Origin: Octopus bimaculoides
Lineage: Eukaryota
Length of the DNA stretch: 64,000 bases
Reading direction: 5' to 3'
NCBI RefSeq assembly: GCF_001194135.2
Contig: NC_068981.1
Coordinates: 199,746,515-199,810,514, forward strand
How positions within the stretch are numbered: the stretch's first letter is position 1; the number at the start of each line of letters is the position of its first letter. A program made the translations under genes and the position numbers. This document shows positions 36,820-49,203 of this stretch, in pieces. A model generated the notes under the pieces. It was not told where the DNA came from. It did not search any database and saw nothing but the letters and a program-made list of their open reading frames with translations.

Positions 36820-37651
36820 GTTGGCAGATTACTCACTTGCAGTTGGGTCCACCTGAAAAAGAGAAACTCATCATTGGGACTTGGAACGTGTGTACCCTTC
36901 TAGATAATGACAATGTCTCAAGACCCCAGAGAAGGATAGCTTTTGTAGCCAATGAACATCGAGGTACAACATCGATACCATTGCGTTGAGTAAAACCAAA
37001 CTGGCTGAAGAGTGTTTGGTGACTGGATCCAATGGATACACCATTTTCTGGGAAGGAAAGGCTCAGAACGAAGACTGCGTCCACGGGGTTGATCTTGCCA
37101 CCAGGACCAAACTCCTCAAACTGGCATCAATGAAAAGCTGAGGAAGATCTGCTTCCCATCAGCAACAGCCCGTTCATCACTATCATGATCATCTACGCCC
37201 CCCCCCCCAATGACACACACGGAGGAAGCCAAAACGTAGTTATGCACCGCCTGGACACTCTAATACGCACCATGATGCCTGCCACAGACAAGCTCATCTT
37301 GCCGGGTGATGGCAATGAATGGAGGAGAGGGATCAGGAGGCACACAGTGGAGGCAAGATAAACAGTAACAGACGAAGTGTGCAGAACTGATCATCACAAA
37401 CACAGTCTTTAGGCAGAGGCTGATAAATACAAGAATACATGGATGCACCACCGATCCAAACAGTGGTATCCCATAGACTACATCATCATCCGTCAGCGAG
37501 ACAGTAGTGATGTCTTCACCACCAGGGCAATGTGCGACTTTTACTTCCTCTAAGCGATCGAGTTCGGTCGTCTTCTCGGGGCCATCAGAGAACGCGCCGA
37601 CGACGGCGCGGAACGCCGCCGCGCGTAAGCGAAATCGTCGGACCTCACCGG

Positions 37652-37694
<43 letters not shown>

Positions 37695-39380
37695 GATCGA
37701 CGCGGGCTGATGACCCGCGCCTACCGGGAATTCCTCGTTCACGGGGTTGGTTCCAGGCCCCGATCCCTATCACGGGAGGTGGTTCAGAGGTTTCCCGACC
37801 CTNNNNNNNNNNNNNNNNNNNNNNNNNNNNNNNNNNNNNNNNNNNNNNNNNNNNNNNNNNNNNNNNNNNNNNNNNNNNNNNNNNNNNNNNNNNNNNNNNN
37901 NNNNNNNNNNNNNNNNNNNNNNNNNNNNNNNNNNNNNNNNNNNNNNNNNNNNNNNNNNNNNNNNNNNNNNNNNNNNNNNNNNNNNNNNNNNNNNNNNNNN
38001 NNNNNNNNNNNNNNNNNNNNNNNNNNNNNNNNNNNNNNNNNNNNNNNNNNNNNNNNNNNNNNNNNNNNNNNNNNNNNNNNNNNNNNNNNNNNNNNNNNNN
38101 NNNNNNNNNNNNNNNNNNNNNNNNNNNNNNNNNNNNNNNNNNNNNNNNNNNNNNNNNNNNNNNNNNNNNNNNNNNNNNNNNNNNNNNNNNNNNNNNNNNN
38201 NNNNNNNNNNNNNNNNNNNNNNNNNNNNNNNNNNNNNNNNNNNNNNNNNNNNNNNNNNNNNNNNNNNNNNNNNNNNNNNNNNNNNNNNNNNNNNNNNNNN
38301 NNNNNNNNNNNNNNNNNNNNNNNNNNNNNNNNNNNNNNNNNNNNNNNNNNNNNNNNNNNNNNNNNNNNNNNNNNNNNNNNNNNNNNNNNNNNNNNNNNNN
38401 NNNNNNNNNNNNNNNNNNNNNNNNNNNNNNNNNNNNNNNNNNNNNNNNNNNNNNNNNNNNNNNNNNNNNNNNNNNNNNNNNNNNNNNNNNNNNNNNNNNN
38501 NNNNNNNNNNNNNNNNNNNNNNNNNNNNNNNNNNNNNNNNNNNNNNNNNNNNNNNNNNNNNNNNNNNNNNNNNNNNNNNNNNNNNNNNNNNNNNNNNNNN
38601 NNNCCCCCCCCAAGAAGAGGCATTATAAAGACCGATTTGACGCAAACAATGAAGCTATCCAAGCCCTGCTGAAAGAGAAGAGAGCCACTTACATCAACTG
38701 GCAGAACCATCCTAGCTGTGTCTCACGACATGACAGGTTCAAGGAATTCAAGGTCAAAGCTTAGTGTGAACTCCGCACTATGCAAGAATCTTGGTGGGAG
38801 AAGAAAGCTAATGAGTTGCAGCTCTATGCTGATATGAACAACTCCAAGCAGCTGTTTAACGTCACCTGGCACCAGGAAGACATGCCAACAGACCTGCGAG
38901 ATGCCGTCACAGTCGCTCTATATAAGAACAAACGAACCAGGAAAGACTGCGACAACTCTCTACTCTCCATAGCAGGTAAGATCCTCCTCAGCAGACTCAC
39001 TGCCAACATCTCCAAAAGCAACCTGCCCGAGGCCCAATGCGGTTTCTGCTCTGGCCGCAGCACCATAGACATGGTGTTTGCTGTGCGACAAGTGCAGAAG
39101 TGAATTGAACAACAGATGGATCTGTATGCCCTGTTCATTGATCTGACCAAGATGTTTCACACAGTCAACTGGGAAGCCTTGTGGATCATCTTCAGCAAGC
39201 TGGGTTGCCTACAAAAATTCACAACCCTGGTCATGCTCTTCCACAACATGAAGGGACAGGTCCTTTCAAACGGAGATAACACAAACTCCTCCAACATTTC
39301 TAATGGAGTCAAATAGGGCTGTGTCCTCTTCAAGCAGGTCCTCCTCTGTGAAGAAACTTGACCTGAGTGTGTACATCAAA
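36820..39380 (+). mobile_element. BovB-like RTE LINE relic (APE endonuclease to RT), interrupted by an 18S fragment and an 800-nt gap
   Basis: LIIGTWNVCTLLDNDNVSRPQRR.A...RYNID.IAL; WMH..SK.W..IDYIIIRQRD..DV.TTRAMC (to 37534); after the gap FDANNEAIQALL..WWEKKANELQLYAD, LPEAQCGF..GRSTIDMVF..RQVQ, LFIDLTK.F.TVN.EALW. Confidence 0.85.
37535..37802 (-). rRNA. 18S rRNA 3'-domain fragment (dispersed copy or pseudogene; runs into a gap)
   Basis: Contains the universal GACGGGCGGTGTGTACAAAGGGCAGGGAC site and cgacttttacttcctctaag (reverse complement of the helix-44 end); GC-shifted substitutions relative to typical metazoan 18S; lacks roughly the last 40 nt of 18S. Confidence 0.9.
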
Positions 39381-39714
39381 TAACAAAGGGATTTGCATTA
39401 TCATATATCCACGTTCCTTCCTTTTTGCATGAGTGAAAGGAATAAAACACCTTTATGCATTTTTTGAATGAATTTTCTTTTAATCACAGAGTCCTTAGCA
39501 TTGAAACTTTAGGTCAATTAGATATAACATTACACTATTTATAAACCTACAGGAGGTTGGAGGATAAAAGAATATATAATGAAAGTATCTCTTTAAGAGA
39601 ATGTCATTACTAGTGTGAAAGAGAGATGGAGAGATTAAAGATTTCACATATAGGTGAAAATATTCAGAATTTATTTTTCGTGTTCCTTTGAAAAGAGGAA
39701 GTGCAGTCCGTTAT

Positions 39715-41010
39715 CATCATTTAACATTCGTTTTCCATGCTGGCATGGGTTGGATGACTTGACAGGAAGTGGCATTTCTAGGGGCCGTACCAGGTTCCAT
39801 AGTCCATTTTGGTTTCTACAGCTGGATGCTCTTCCTATCGCCAACTACTCCACAAAGTTTACTGGATGATTTTTGTGGCATCAGCACCCACACCAATGCT
39901 TTCCTACATGGCACCTTGGTTTCTGGATCTCAATTCAGTTGTGGCACGTGGGTTTTCTCGATACAACAATATGCCACATATCTTAGTCCTGTTATCTCCT
40001 TCGATCCAGGTCATCCTGGATCTCCCTATTCCACTTTATGAAACTCTTTTCATCCATCTACATCACATGACCAAACCAGTGCAGTCTCCTCTCTTGCACA
40101 CTACATCTAATTCCTCTTATAACCAAATTCTCTCTCAATACACCATTTCTGTTGCATATGCACACTGACATCACAGATCCAGGGGAGCATATCAGTTTCC
40201 TTCCTTTCCAGTCCTCGCATATCCCCTGCATTAAGGGCCCCATTTCATTACCATGGAGCACTACTGTTTGTAGACATGAATCATAAATGTTCCCTTCACT
40301 CGGAGAGATAAAAGCTTTCTGAACTTTCTCCATCCTATTTTTAGTCTAGCAATTACACTTTCTGTATAACCTCCCCGCATTGCTAATTAGCTCACTTCGG
40401 AAGCAAAAATCACCTACAACTTCCAGAGAGCCACTTGTAACATTTAAGGCTCTTCTGGTCTTTCCAAGCCCATCTCTTCTTTTATAGCCCTATTTCCCTC
40501 ACTGTTCCACCACTATGTCACCCTCAGTCTGGTCTGTTGCCTTCAGTAGATTGTTCCACAGCAATTCCAACTGTAGCTATACCCGAGGCATTTGTCAGAT
40601 GATAGTAAACAATTATTCCCTTCCTTTTTCATTGATGTGTTTGAACAAGGCTCTAGAACTACAAATGAAGTGGAGAGATCTGTTGTGCACATACACATCC
40701 TTTTTGAGTTTGTTTTGCTATGAAGGGCAATTCTTCGTGAGTACTGCATCCCAGAAATCATCTTGATCTTTTATGATCTCCTTGACGAGGCTCAACATAC
40801 TGAGATCAACCTTCAATACTTTATCTTCTTGGGTTTCCCAATTTTCACATTAAGCAATTCTTATACAGCTGCCCATATTCATATGCGTCACATGACCACA
40901 CCAGTACACTATGTGTCTCACATCCAATGGAGCATGCTCACTTCATTTTTTTCTGTATTTTGCAAGTCCTCTGCATGCATGACTGTCACATTACCATGCA
41001 ACCAATCTTT
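39715..41010 (-). mobile_element. Old RTE LINE fragments (3' UTR plus ORF2 C-terminus; two pieces)
   Basis: VLHGNE...LRENLVIRGIRCSVQERRLHWFGHVM (ORF 40058-40333); a second piece MLHGNVTVMHAEDLQNTEKNEVSMLHWM (40918-41010). Confidence 0.7.
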
Positions 41011-41044
41011 TACACCAAGAAACCTTTTATTGCCAACTAAAGTA

Positions 41045-41229
41045 TTGGGTTGTCCGGAAAGTTTGTGCCAATTTTTAATCAACCAAATATGAACCATTTT
41101 GTTGCACAATGCGTCTCCATCTTTCCTTTAACTTGAAAATACCCTCTTCCCAGAATTGAGGTGGTTTCATGGCAAATAAGTTGAAAGGTAAGCTACTATA
41201 AATCGGCACAAACTTTCCAGACAACCCAA
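41045..41229 (-). mobile_element. mariner-derived MITE (185 bp) with TA target duplication
   Basis: ta|TTGGGTTGTCCGGAAAGTTTGTGCC ... GGCACAAACTTTCCAGACAACCCAA|ta; the interior encodes the mariner C-terminus FWEEGIFKLKERWRRIVQQNGSY. Confidence 0.85.
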
Positions 41230-42162
41230 TAATAACTTTCTCCAACCAGTTCTTATTTTTGTGACTATACACCCAGAGCATCCTCATTCACTGCTAATTC
41301 GGTCACCTAAGTAACTGAAACTATTTGTAAGGCATTTGAGAAAATTTATTTTCCCATGTGTTCTGAGTGTTTATTATTCCTGTGCATGTCACAAAACAGT
41401 CAACTTTCTGTTATTCTGCCTGTATGCTCATATTTTGCAGTGAGTACATCTTGTGTGTTCATATTTTGCACCAGGTAAATTGTGTAATTTCTAAATACTT
41501 TATTATATATCAAGCAAGGCTATTTTCCTGAAAGAAATAATCCTGTCAGTGTTCCTACTTATTGAAATTTTGGTTTTAGATGTGTTAACTTTGGTCTCTT
41601 TTGATTCTAGATTTTGCTTTCACACCTGAAGTTTCTTTATTAATTTTATTATAAATTCAACTATAAAAGCATTTGTCAGCATTTAGGAAACGATTTAGGT
41701 ATCTAGTTTTAAACTACTGTGTCATGGCTTAGAAGACTTAAATGAAGAGGAAGGGACTGAGAACTAAACCATGTCTGCAAATTGTTTAATATTATTTTGT
41801 CTTTCTATTAAGGACCAGAAGACATGTCTCTGTGCTGTGCCATATGCCATCATTCTACATTTCATTTAACTAAGAGAAAATATTTGTGACAGGTATGGTA
41901 AAAGCTTCAGACCAGCAGCTAGCTAAAAAGTCATCTTTATTTTGCAGCTCAGAAATAGTCAGTCATCAGGACGCCAACTTCTGGCATGTGTGTATGCACA
42001 CACACACACACGCATGCATGAAGGTGCGTTTGAAAAGTTGAACAACAAAAAGCAGTCACACAGAAGAGAAAAACTTCCTGGCATTGTTTGTATTGAAAAA
42101 ATTTTAAAGACTCATTAACTTTTAAGAAAGTCTTTCTTTAGATACTGTCACTGCACCAAATA

Positions 42163-43490
42163 CTGTAAATCCTCAAGTATAGTCCGCCCTAAGTATAATA
42201 CGCACCCCTTCTCTAATTTGAGTCAAAGAGGTCTATATAACATCCTTGGTTTGTAAACGTATATACGGTAACGTCCTTTATTATTATTGTATATATATAA
42301 CATAATGCAAACATGTAGCTTTTTTGTGCTCTTTGTTTGCAGAAAATAAAGAAATAACAGTAATAACGTCAGTGAAAAATAAATATTAAGTAAATTGCCT
42401 TTCACATAATTTATCACCATCAGTTAGAAAAGCAAAAACATTTATTCAAATCCTTCAAATTCAACGTCACTTTCAGCCTCAAATAACTGTTCCATTTGTT
42501 CCTCCGTAAACATGTCANNNNNNNNNNTCACTTTCAGCCTCAAATAACTGTTCCATTTGTTCCTCCGTAAACATGTCAGCATCATTGTAGTGTAAATCTC
42601 CGTCATCATCAGATTCACTTTCATTTATTCCATCTTTCCACACAACGTCATCCTGAGTACCATCCAGTGCAGACGATATACAACATTTGATAAAACTTTT
42701 CACAACAATCTGGGGGTCAAGTTCATTCCATGCATATCAAAGTCAGGTTGGGAGCGCGAACCCTTCCACCTTTAGTGAATGACTTTTCTCCAGTCGACAT
42801 CCATTCAGTCCATAAATCACGCAATTTGTTTTTAATCGGCTTGTGTCAGCATATGATGTAACTCCAAGTTTAAACGTAGCTGAATAAGATCTCCGAGGCA
42901 TTTTATGGGCCTGTAATGCATAAAATGTTTTATTGGAGATTAATGTTCAGGTTTAAGTCCCGCTTATAAAAAAAACCCTAGTAAAGACCCACAGTAGTTC
43001 AAATATTTAATACTGGTATTTAATTAAGTATCTACTGTTTGCCACGGTAATGATGCAAACTGCCAAACAGCAGGATGAACTATTTAGCGCTAAATTATTA
43101 AGCACAATTCGTGCGTAATTAAGCCAGCAACACCTAGTCGAACAAACACTTCCGCACATGCGTAATACAATAATGGTAATGTTGTTAACTGTTAAATGGG
43201 AATGTAAATTGTTTTTGTTACATGTTATTCCATGTTCTGAATACTTTTATTTCAATAAATGTTGCTTACTGCAAGTTATGGATGATTCTTTTATGACTTC
43301 ATTGCTTTCAGGCTTAGCTTAAGGTATTTTCGCACCCGACATCACAAAATGCGTCTGACTAAACATTGCCGGACAGCAAATATAGACTCAGACATTGCTT
43401 AGAAAATATTTTTCGTTTTTAACCTTGTATATAGTACGCACTAGGGATTTTGACCTTTAAATTTTGGGAAAAAAACTCGAGGATTTACGG
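42163..43490 (-). mobile_element. Internally deleted pogo-family DNA transposon (POGK/BrkDBD-like start)
   Basis: TIRs ta|CTGTAAATCCTCAAGT and ACTCGAGGATTTACGG|ta (differences only at CpG); the minus strand reads MPRRSYSATFKL.V..YA fused to KPIKNKLRDLWTEWM..FTKGGRVRAP..AWNELDPQIVVKSFIKCCISSALDGTQDD. Confidence 0.85.
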
Positions 43491-45064
43491 TATCTTTTTC
43501 AAATACTTTTACATATGGACACATACAAAGGTAGTAACAGTCAATCAGTAGAATATAGATTGACAAAATAAATGGCAGGCTGAAAGAATTACTGGGGGTG
43601 GGGTTAACTCATCACTATTTTTAATTAAAGCCTTCATTCAGAATACATATATCCTAATATATTTCTAGTAGGTAGAAAAGATATCAATTTATCTGACACT
43701 GGGAGTAAAGAACTACAAAATGTATTTTGCATAACAATGCAATATTCTGACACTTGCATTTAATTAATTCTTAATACACAATACAATGTTCTTTGGTAAT
43801 ATTGGTTTCAAGTTTTTGCACAAGACCAGTGATTTTATGGGAGGAATAAGTTGATTACATTGACCCCAATGTTTAACTGGTACTTATTTTATTGATACCA
43901 CAGCCTTAGTGGAATCTGAACTTAGTTCATAAAGAGATGGACAGAATGCCATTAAGCTTTGTGCCTGGTGTGCTGCTAGCTCACAGTTCTTTGTTAATAT
44001 GAAAATTATTTGTTTACAAGCAGAGTTCTGGTGAAAGCAAATCATATAACCATCTGTGACTTCTTTGATATTTTTCTACAACTCCTTTGGATTATATGTT
44101 TACAATATTTAAGATTATGGTTCTGTATAAAAATAAAATAACATAATTTTAAAATAAACTTTCCTCTTCATTTTAGAACGTTTTCAACATTTGTTTGTTT
44201 ATCTTGTTAGAAAAAGAAGACAAGTGTAATTTAACAAACGAAATTTTAAAATTGAAAATGGAAAAGTTATGCATTATTTTGCACATCCATACAGCTTCTT
44301 TCATTTAGTGTGTGTATATACAAATTATGAAAGCCTCTTTTTGTGTGCACATGTATAAATAAACGACAGCTTCTTTTGTTTTCTGTGTGTGTGTGTAGTA
44401 TCAACATATTTACTACAGGAAAACTATGCAGAAATATGGTATAATATTCTCTCATGGATTGCAACAAGTGAAAAATTCTTTCAATAATTTGTAGGATAAA
44501 ATGTCATACCATCAAGTAAGTAATCCACATACAAAGACAAAAGCTTCCTTGATTTATAGACTCACATAAAATGAAAGAAGCTCTCATTTGTCTTGCACTG
44601 TATAGATGCAGGAAAATGTTCCTAATTTTTTCATTTTGAATTTCAAAAATATATTTCACGTATAATGCTTTTATTAAACATACAGTAGTAAGTTCTCTCA
44701 CCAATGGAGATATACTTGTTACATAAAATATATAGCTACGAGGTTGTTATTATACTGTTATATATTCATTGTAATCATCATGTCCTCTTTCCATGCCGGT
44801 ATGGGTTAGACGAGTCATCATAGCCAAAGTCACTGCCCTCTGAAATGGGTCAGAGGACAATGTCTTGCTTGTATGTTCCATTTTTGCAATAGTTTCTATA
44901 ACTAAATGGCCTTCAGAGAACCAATCTGCATGAAAACATTCATGGTTGTACAGGACACTTTTTAGAGAATGACTTCACATTGATATGGTTACTCTTACAC
45001 TTGTAAATGAATGCCTACAAATGTGGTTGTGTGATTTTCATGAGATGATGATTTAGTACAGGTA

Positions 45065-46657
45065 TCAGTCATGCAGCTTTTCTCCTCTATGAATATACTT
45101 GTGTTTAATTAAGTTACAATGTTCAGAAAATGGTTTCTTGCAGATCTCACGGGGATGTGGTTTCTTTCTTGTGTGAACGTATTTGTGTTTAGTTAAATTA
45201 TTGGATACAGAGAATGACTTACCACAACGATGTGGCTTCTCTCCTGTATGAATGCGTTTGTGAGAGGATAAACTGCTTGATTCTGTAAATGTTTTACCAC
45301 AAATATTGCAGCGATATGGTTTCTCTCCCGAATGAACACGTTTATGTTTAACTGCATCACCTTTTTCTCCTCTATGAATCCGTTTATGTCTAGATAAGAC
45401 ACTACTTCCAGAGAATGATTTACCACAAATATCACAATATGACTTCCCTCCTGTATGAATGCATTTATGAGTAGTTAAACGATTTAGCCGAGAAAAGGAT
45501 TCACCACACGTACCACAGTGATATGGTTTTTCTCTTGTATGAATATATTTGTGACTACTTAAGTTGCCCCGTGAAGAGAATGATTTATCACAGATATCAC
45601 AACGATATGGTTTTTCTCCTGTATGAATATATCTGTGATCGGTTAACTCACCACTTACAGAGAATGATTTACCACAAATATCACAATAATATGGTTTTTC
45701 TCCTGTATGAGTTCGTTCATGATTAGTTAAGATACTACGTTGTGAGAATGATTTACCACAGATATCACAATGATATGATTTATCAACTTCATGAACATGT
45801 TTGTGAGTAGACAAACTACTTCCTGTAGAGAATGATTTACCACAGATATCACAGTGATATGGTTTTTCTCCAGTATGAATATATCTGTGAGTTGTTAACA
45901 CACCACTTCCAGAGAATGATTTACCACAAATATCACATTGATATGGTTTTTCTCCTGTATGAGTTCGTTTGTGAATAGTTAAGTTACTACGTTGTGAGAA
46001 TGATTTACCACAGATATCACAATGATATGATTTATCTACATCATGAACATGTTTGTGAGTAGACAAACTACTTCCTGTAGAGAATGATTTACCACAGATA
46101 TTACAGTGATATGGTTTCTCTCCAGTATGAATGCGTTTGTGTGCAAGTACGCTATTTCTACGAGAGAATGACTTACCACAGATATCACAATGGTATGGCT
46201 TCTCTCCTGTATGGGTGCGTTTGTGAGAAGCTAAATTAGTTGCTACAGTAAATGATTTACCACAGATATTGCAGACATATGGCTTTTCTCCTGTATGGGA
46301 TCGTTTGTGAACAGTTAGGTAACTTGCTTGAGAAAATAACTTACCACAGATATCACAATCAAATGTCTTCTCTCCGTGAATTCGTTTGTGAGCAGTTAAG
46401 TTACTTTTTTGTGAGAAAGATTTAGAGCAGACATCACAGTGATAAGGCTTTTCTCCTCTATGAATGCATTTGTGAGCAGTTAAGTTGCTACTTTTAGAGA
46501 TTGATTCACCACAGATATCACAGTAAAATAGTTTTTCTCCTGTGTGAATACGTTTAGTAGTTAGATTACCTTTTATAGCAAATGACTTTTTACAGATATC
46601 AGTATTTGTAGACTGTGCTTTACATCTAATCTTGTTTTTGCTTAAATAATTTTCCAT
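45065..46657 (-). CDS. Poly-C2H2 zinc-finger protein, 530 aa, 15 intact plus 4 degenerate fingers, different subfamily (no MEDVNPL leader)
   Basis: Uninterrupted ORF; includes a 252-bp tandem 3-finger duplication; candidate upstream acceptor attatttcag| at 46960. Confidence 0.9.
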   Translation of the reverse strand: MENYLSKNKIRCKAQSTNTDICKKSFAIKGNLTTKRIHTGEKLFYCDICGESISKSSNLTAHKCIHRGEKPYHCDVCSKSFSQKSNLTAHKRIHGEKTFDCDICGKLFSQASYLTVHKRSHTGEKPYVCNICGKSFTVATNLASHKRTHTGEKPYHCDICGKSFSRRNSVLAHKRIHTGEKPYHCNICGKSFSTGSSLSTHKHVHDVDKSYHCDICGKSFSQRSNLTIHKRTHTGEKPYQCDICGKSFSGSGVLTTHRYIHTGEKPYHCDICGKSFSTGSSLSTHKHVHEVDKSYHCDICGKSFSQRSILTNHERTHTGEKPYYCDICGKSFSVSGELTDHRYIHTGEKPYRCDICDKSFSSRGNLSSHKYIHTREKPYHCGTCGESFSRLNRLTTHKCIHTGGKSYCDICGKSFSGSSVLSRHKRIHRGEKGDAVKHKRVHSGEKPYRCNICGKTFTESSSLSSHKRIHTGEKPHRCGKSFSVSNNLTKHKYVHTRKKPHPREICKKPFSEHCNLIKHKYIHRGEKLHD

Positions 46658-48098
46658 AATTTTCCTTTTCTCACCAATGATATACTTTTATTTTTCAAGT
46701 TTTTCTTAGTGCTGTATTTCCACCAGTTCTGATCTTTGATTGTATCATAAGCTGTAACTTCATTGTAAATTTGTCCAAGTGTACTTAGTAAACGTTCCAG
46801 TCAGATAAGTACAGCAACATTGCTAATCTTAGTTCACAGGAAATATCTGACTGCAATTCTTCCAAAGATTTACATCAACACAACTGTATGTGTTTGGTCT
46901 AACATTTTTCTATAGATTTTTAAAAGATGATACTTTTGAAATTCTTCAATTCCAATATTCTGAAATAATAGAAACAATATAAAATATAATGGATATCAAA
47001 ACATTAGAGATTCAACATTGGACATTTTACTAAGTTTCTCATATGAGAAATAGAATAAACCTTGGTTGTTTGATTGATTGAATCACTTGCTAATTAGAAA
47101 GTAAACGAGTATCTCAGACACAAGCACCCTCATCATGACAGTCTGTGATAAGGCTACAATCACACGTACAATTCACCTAACTTTCACACAGTTTCTGTCT
47201 CTCTAATTTCACCCACAAAGTTTGGATCAATCCAAGGCTTACAGTAAAAGACACTTGCCCAAGATGCTATACAGTGGGACAGGATCCAAGACTACAAGAT
47301 TGTGATGTGAACTTGTTAACCATTTGGCCATACTGTGCTTAAAATACTGATAAACTGTAGAAACAAGCATTTACTTCAACTACTGAGTTTTACATTATAA
47401 TTTATTATCAAAATTACATCATCCAACTTTGTGTGAAGTGTATCTATTTAGACTATACCTACACCTTCAGACTGCATGACATTAAATGTTAAACTACAAA
47501 TGTGGGATAGCCCTGGACCGACCCTTACACAACCTGTTTCATCCCTCTTACTACACTGTCCAATCTTTTGTCATTAACCCATTGACACTAATCCCTTCTT
47601 TTTAACATGTCCCTTGCATACTCCTATTATTTTCTTCCAACCAAAAGTGACAACTCTGTTAATCTCTCCACTACCACCTTCTCACAACTATAAATCTGTA
47701 CTTCTCATCACACTTTACCCTCTCTTATTGTGCACACACACACACATTCTCTCCCTCTCCTATTCTCTTTCAGTGATAGGGGTCTTTATAGGCTCCTTAG
47801 TCTTGCAAGATAATCTCATTTATGCTTTACCAATTGTTTTCATAATTGTGATGCTTGTATAATCTGACCCGTGACAAATAATAGGCTGTTCATTTGATGT
47901 CTTTTTATTAAAAATAAAAAATATTATTTATTTTGTTTAGAAAAAACTCTCATAGGATCCACTAGTCACGACTAGCTAAAGCGGATGCGCGAGTACGCGC
48001 ACCGAGACCACTCTCAAAACGAAAGATCGCCCCCTGACCTCCTAATATGCTGCAAACTCCTTATTTTTGTTCGGAAAAGGTGGGGAAACCGGACCCCC

Positions 48099-49203
48099 GG
48101 TACTATCCAAGAAGAGTGGTCCCGGTGCGCATCCGCGCTAGCTAGTCGTGACTAGTCGATCCTACGACTACCTAGCGCGAGTGCGCGTCATGCGCAAAAC
48201 ATGTCTGAGGGTTTTTTCTAAACAAAGTAAAAAAATTATACACTACCTGTTTTTGGTAAAGAGTCCATTAAAAAGTCGGGCACTATCATGCTATTAGCTG
48301 TCAGAAGTGAAAGTGCTCACTGCTAGTGAAGTATCTGTCTGTCTGCCTGCATGCCTGTCGATTCTTTGGCTACTGACAGCTAATACCATGACTGGCCGGA
48401 GCGAGCTATCTGTCTGTCTGTCTCTCTATCTATCTATCTATTTATCTATTACTCGAAAGTTCGCGCGTCCGCGCTAGCTAGTCGTGAGCTGAAAACACAA
48501 ATTTAATATAAAAACATATTTCCTGAAATTGCAAATTATTTAAAATATAAAAATATAATTTTCAACAGAGAGAATTTATCAAAATAGAAAACAAATGAAG
48601 TTTGAAGTTTAAAAATAATAGGATCGACCACTCACGACTAGCTAGCGCGGACGCGCGAACTTTCGAGTAATAGATAGAGAGAGATAGAGAGACAGACAGA
48701 CATATAGCTCGCTCCGGCCAGTCATGGTATTAGCTGTCAGTAGCCAAAGAATCAACAGGCAGATACTTCACTAGCAGTGAGCACTTTCACTTCTGACAGC
48801 TAATAGCATGATAGTGCCAAAAGTCGGTCTTTTAAAATCGACTGTTGTTCAATGGTATCAGTACAAGTAATTATCTTTTGCGTAACCCCTACCAAATTGG
48901 TGGACTTGGGCACATCGTAGAAATAGATGAATCTATGATGTGCAAATACAATGGAGGATGGGATAGAGGGGATAAAAATAGGTTTTTTAGTCTTTGTACC
49001 TGACCGTTCTTCTGAAACTCTTCTATCACTTATTAAAAAATTTATCAAACCAGGGACGACTATGTTCTGATCGTTGGGGTGCGTACAATGGGACTCTTTA
49101 CCAAAAACAGGTAGTGTATAATTTATTTACTTTGTTTAGAAAAAACCGTCATACATGTTTTATGCGAGTGCGTGCACCGGGACCACTCTTCTTGAAAAGT
49201 ACC
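48099..49203 (+). mobile_element. Internally deleted Merlin (IS1016/IS1595-like) DNA transposon with long TIRs
   Basis: Termini GGTACTATCCAAGAAGAGTGGTCCCGGTGC / GCACCGGGACCACTCTTCTTGAAAAGTACC; the interior 48841-49090 reads TVVQWYQY..YQIGGLGHIVEIDESMM.KYN / GG.DRG...FLVFVPDRSSETLLSLIKKFIKPGTT / SDRWGAYN (Merlin DDE motifs). No TSD found. Confidence 0.85.
48279..48818. mobile_element. Foldback MITE, Merlin-type (540 bp), nested in the Merlin relic
   Basis: GGCAC...GTGCC ends, arms of about 190-210 bp, AT-rich spacer, perfect 8-bp TSD AAAAGTCG (48271-48278 / 48819-48826). Confidence 0.9.

Noticed and set aside
42467-42580. 50-bp tandem repeat in the pogo relic
   Set aside because: The copies flank a 10-N gap; assembly overlap.
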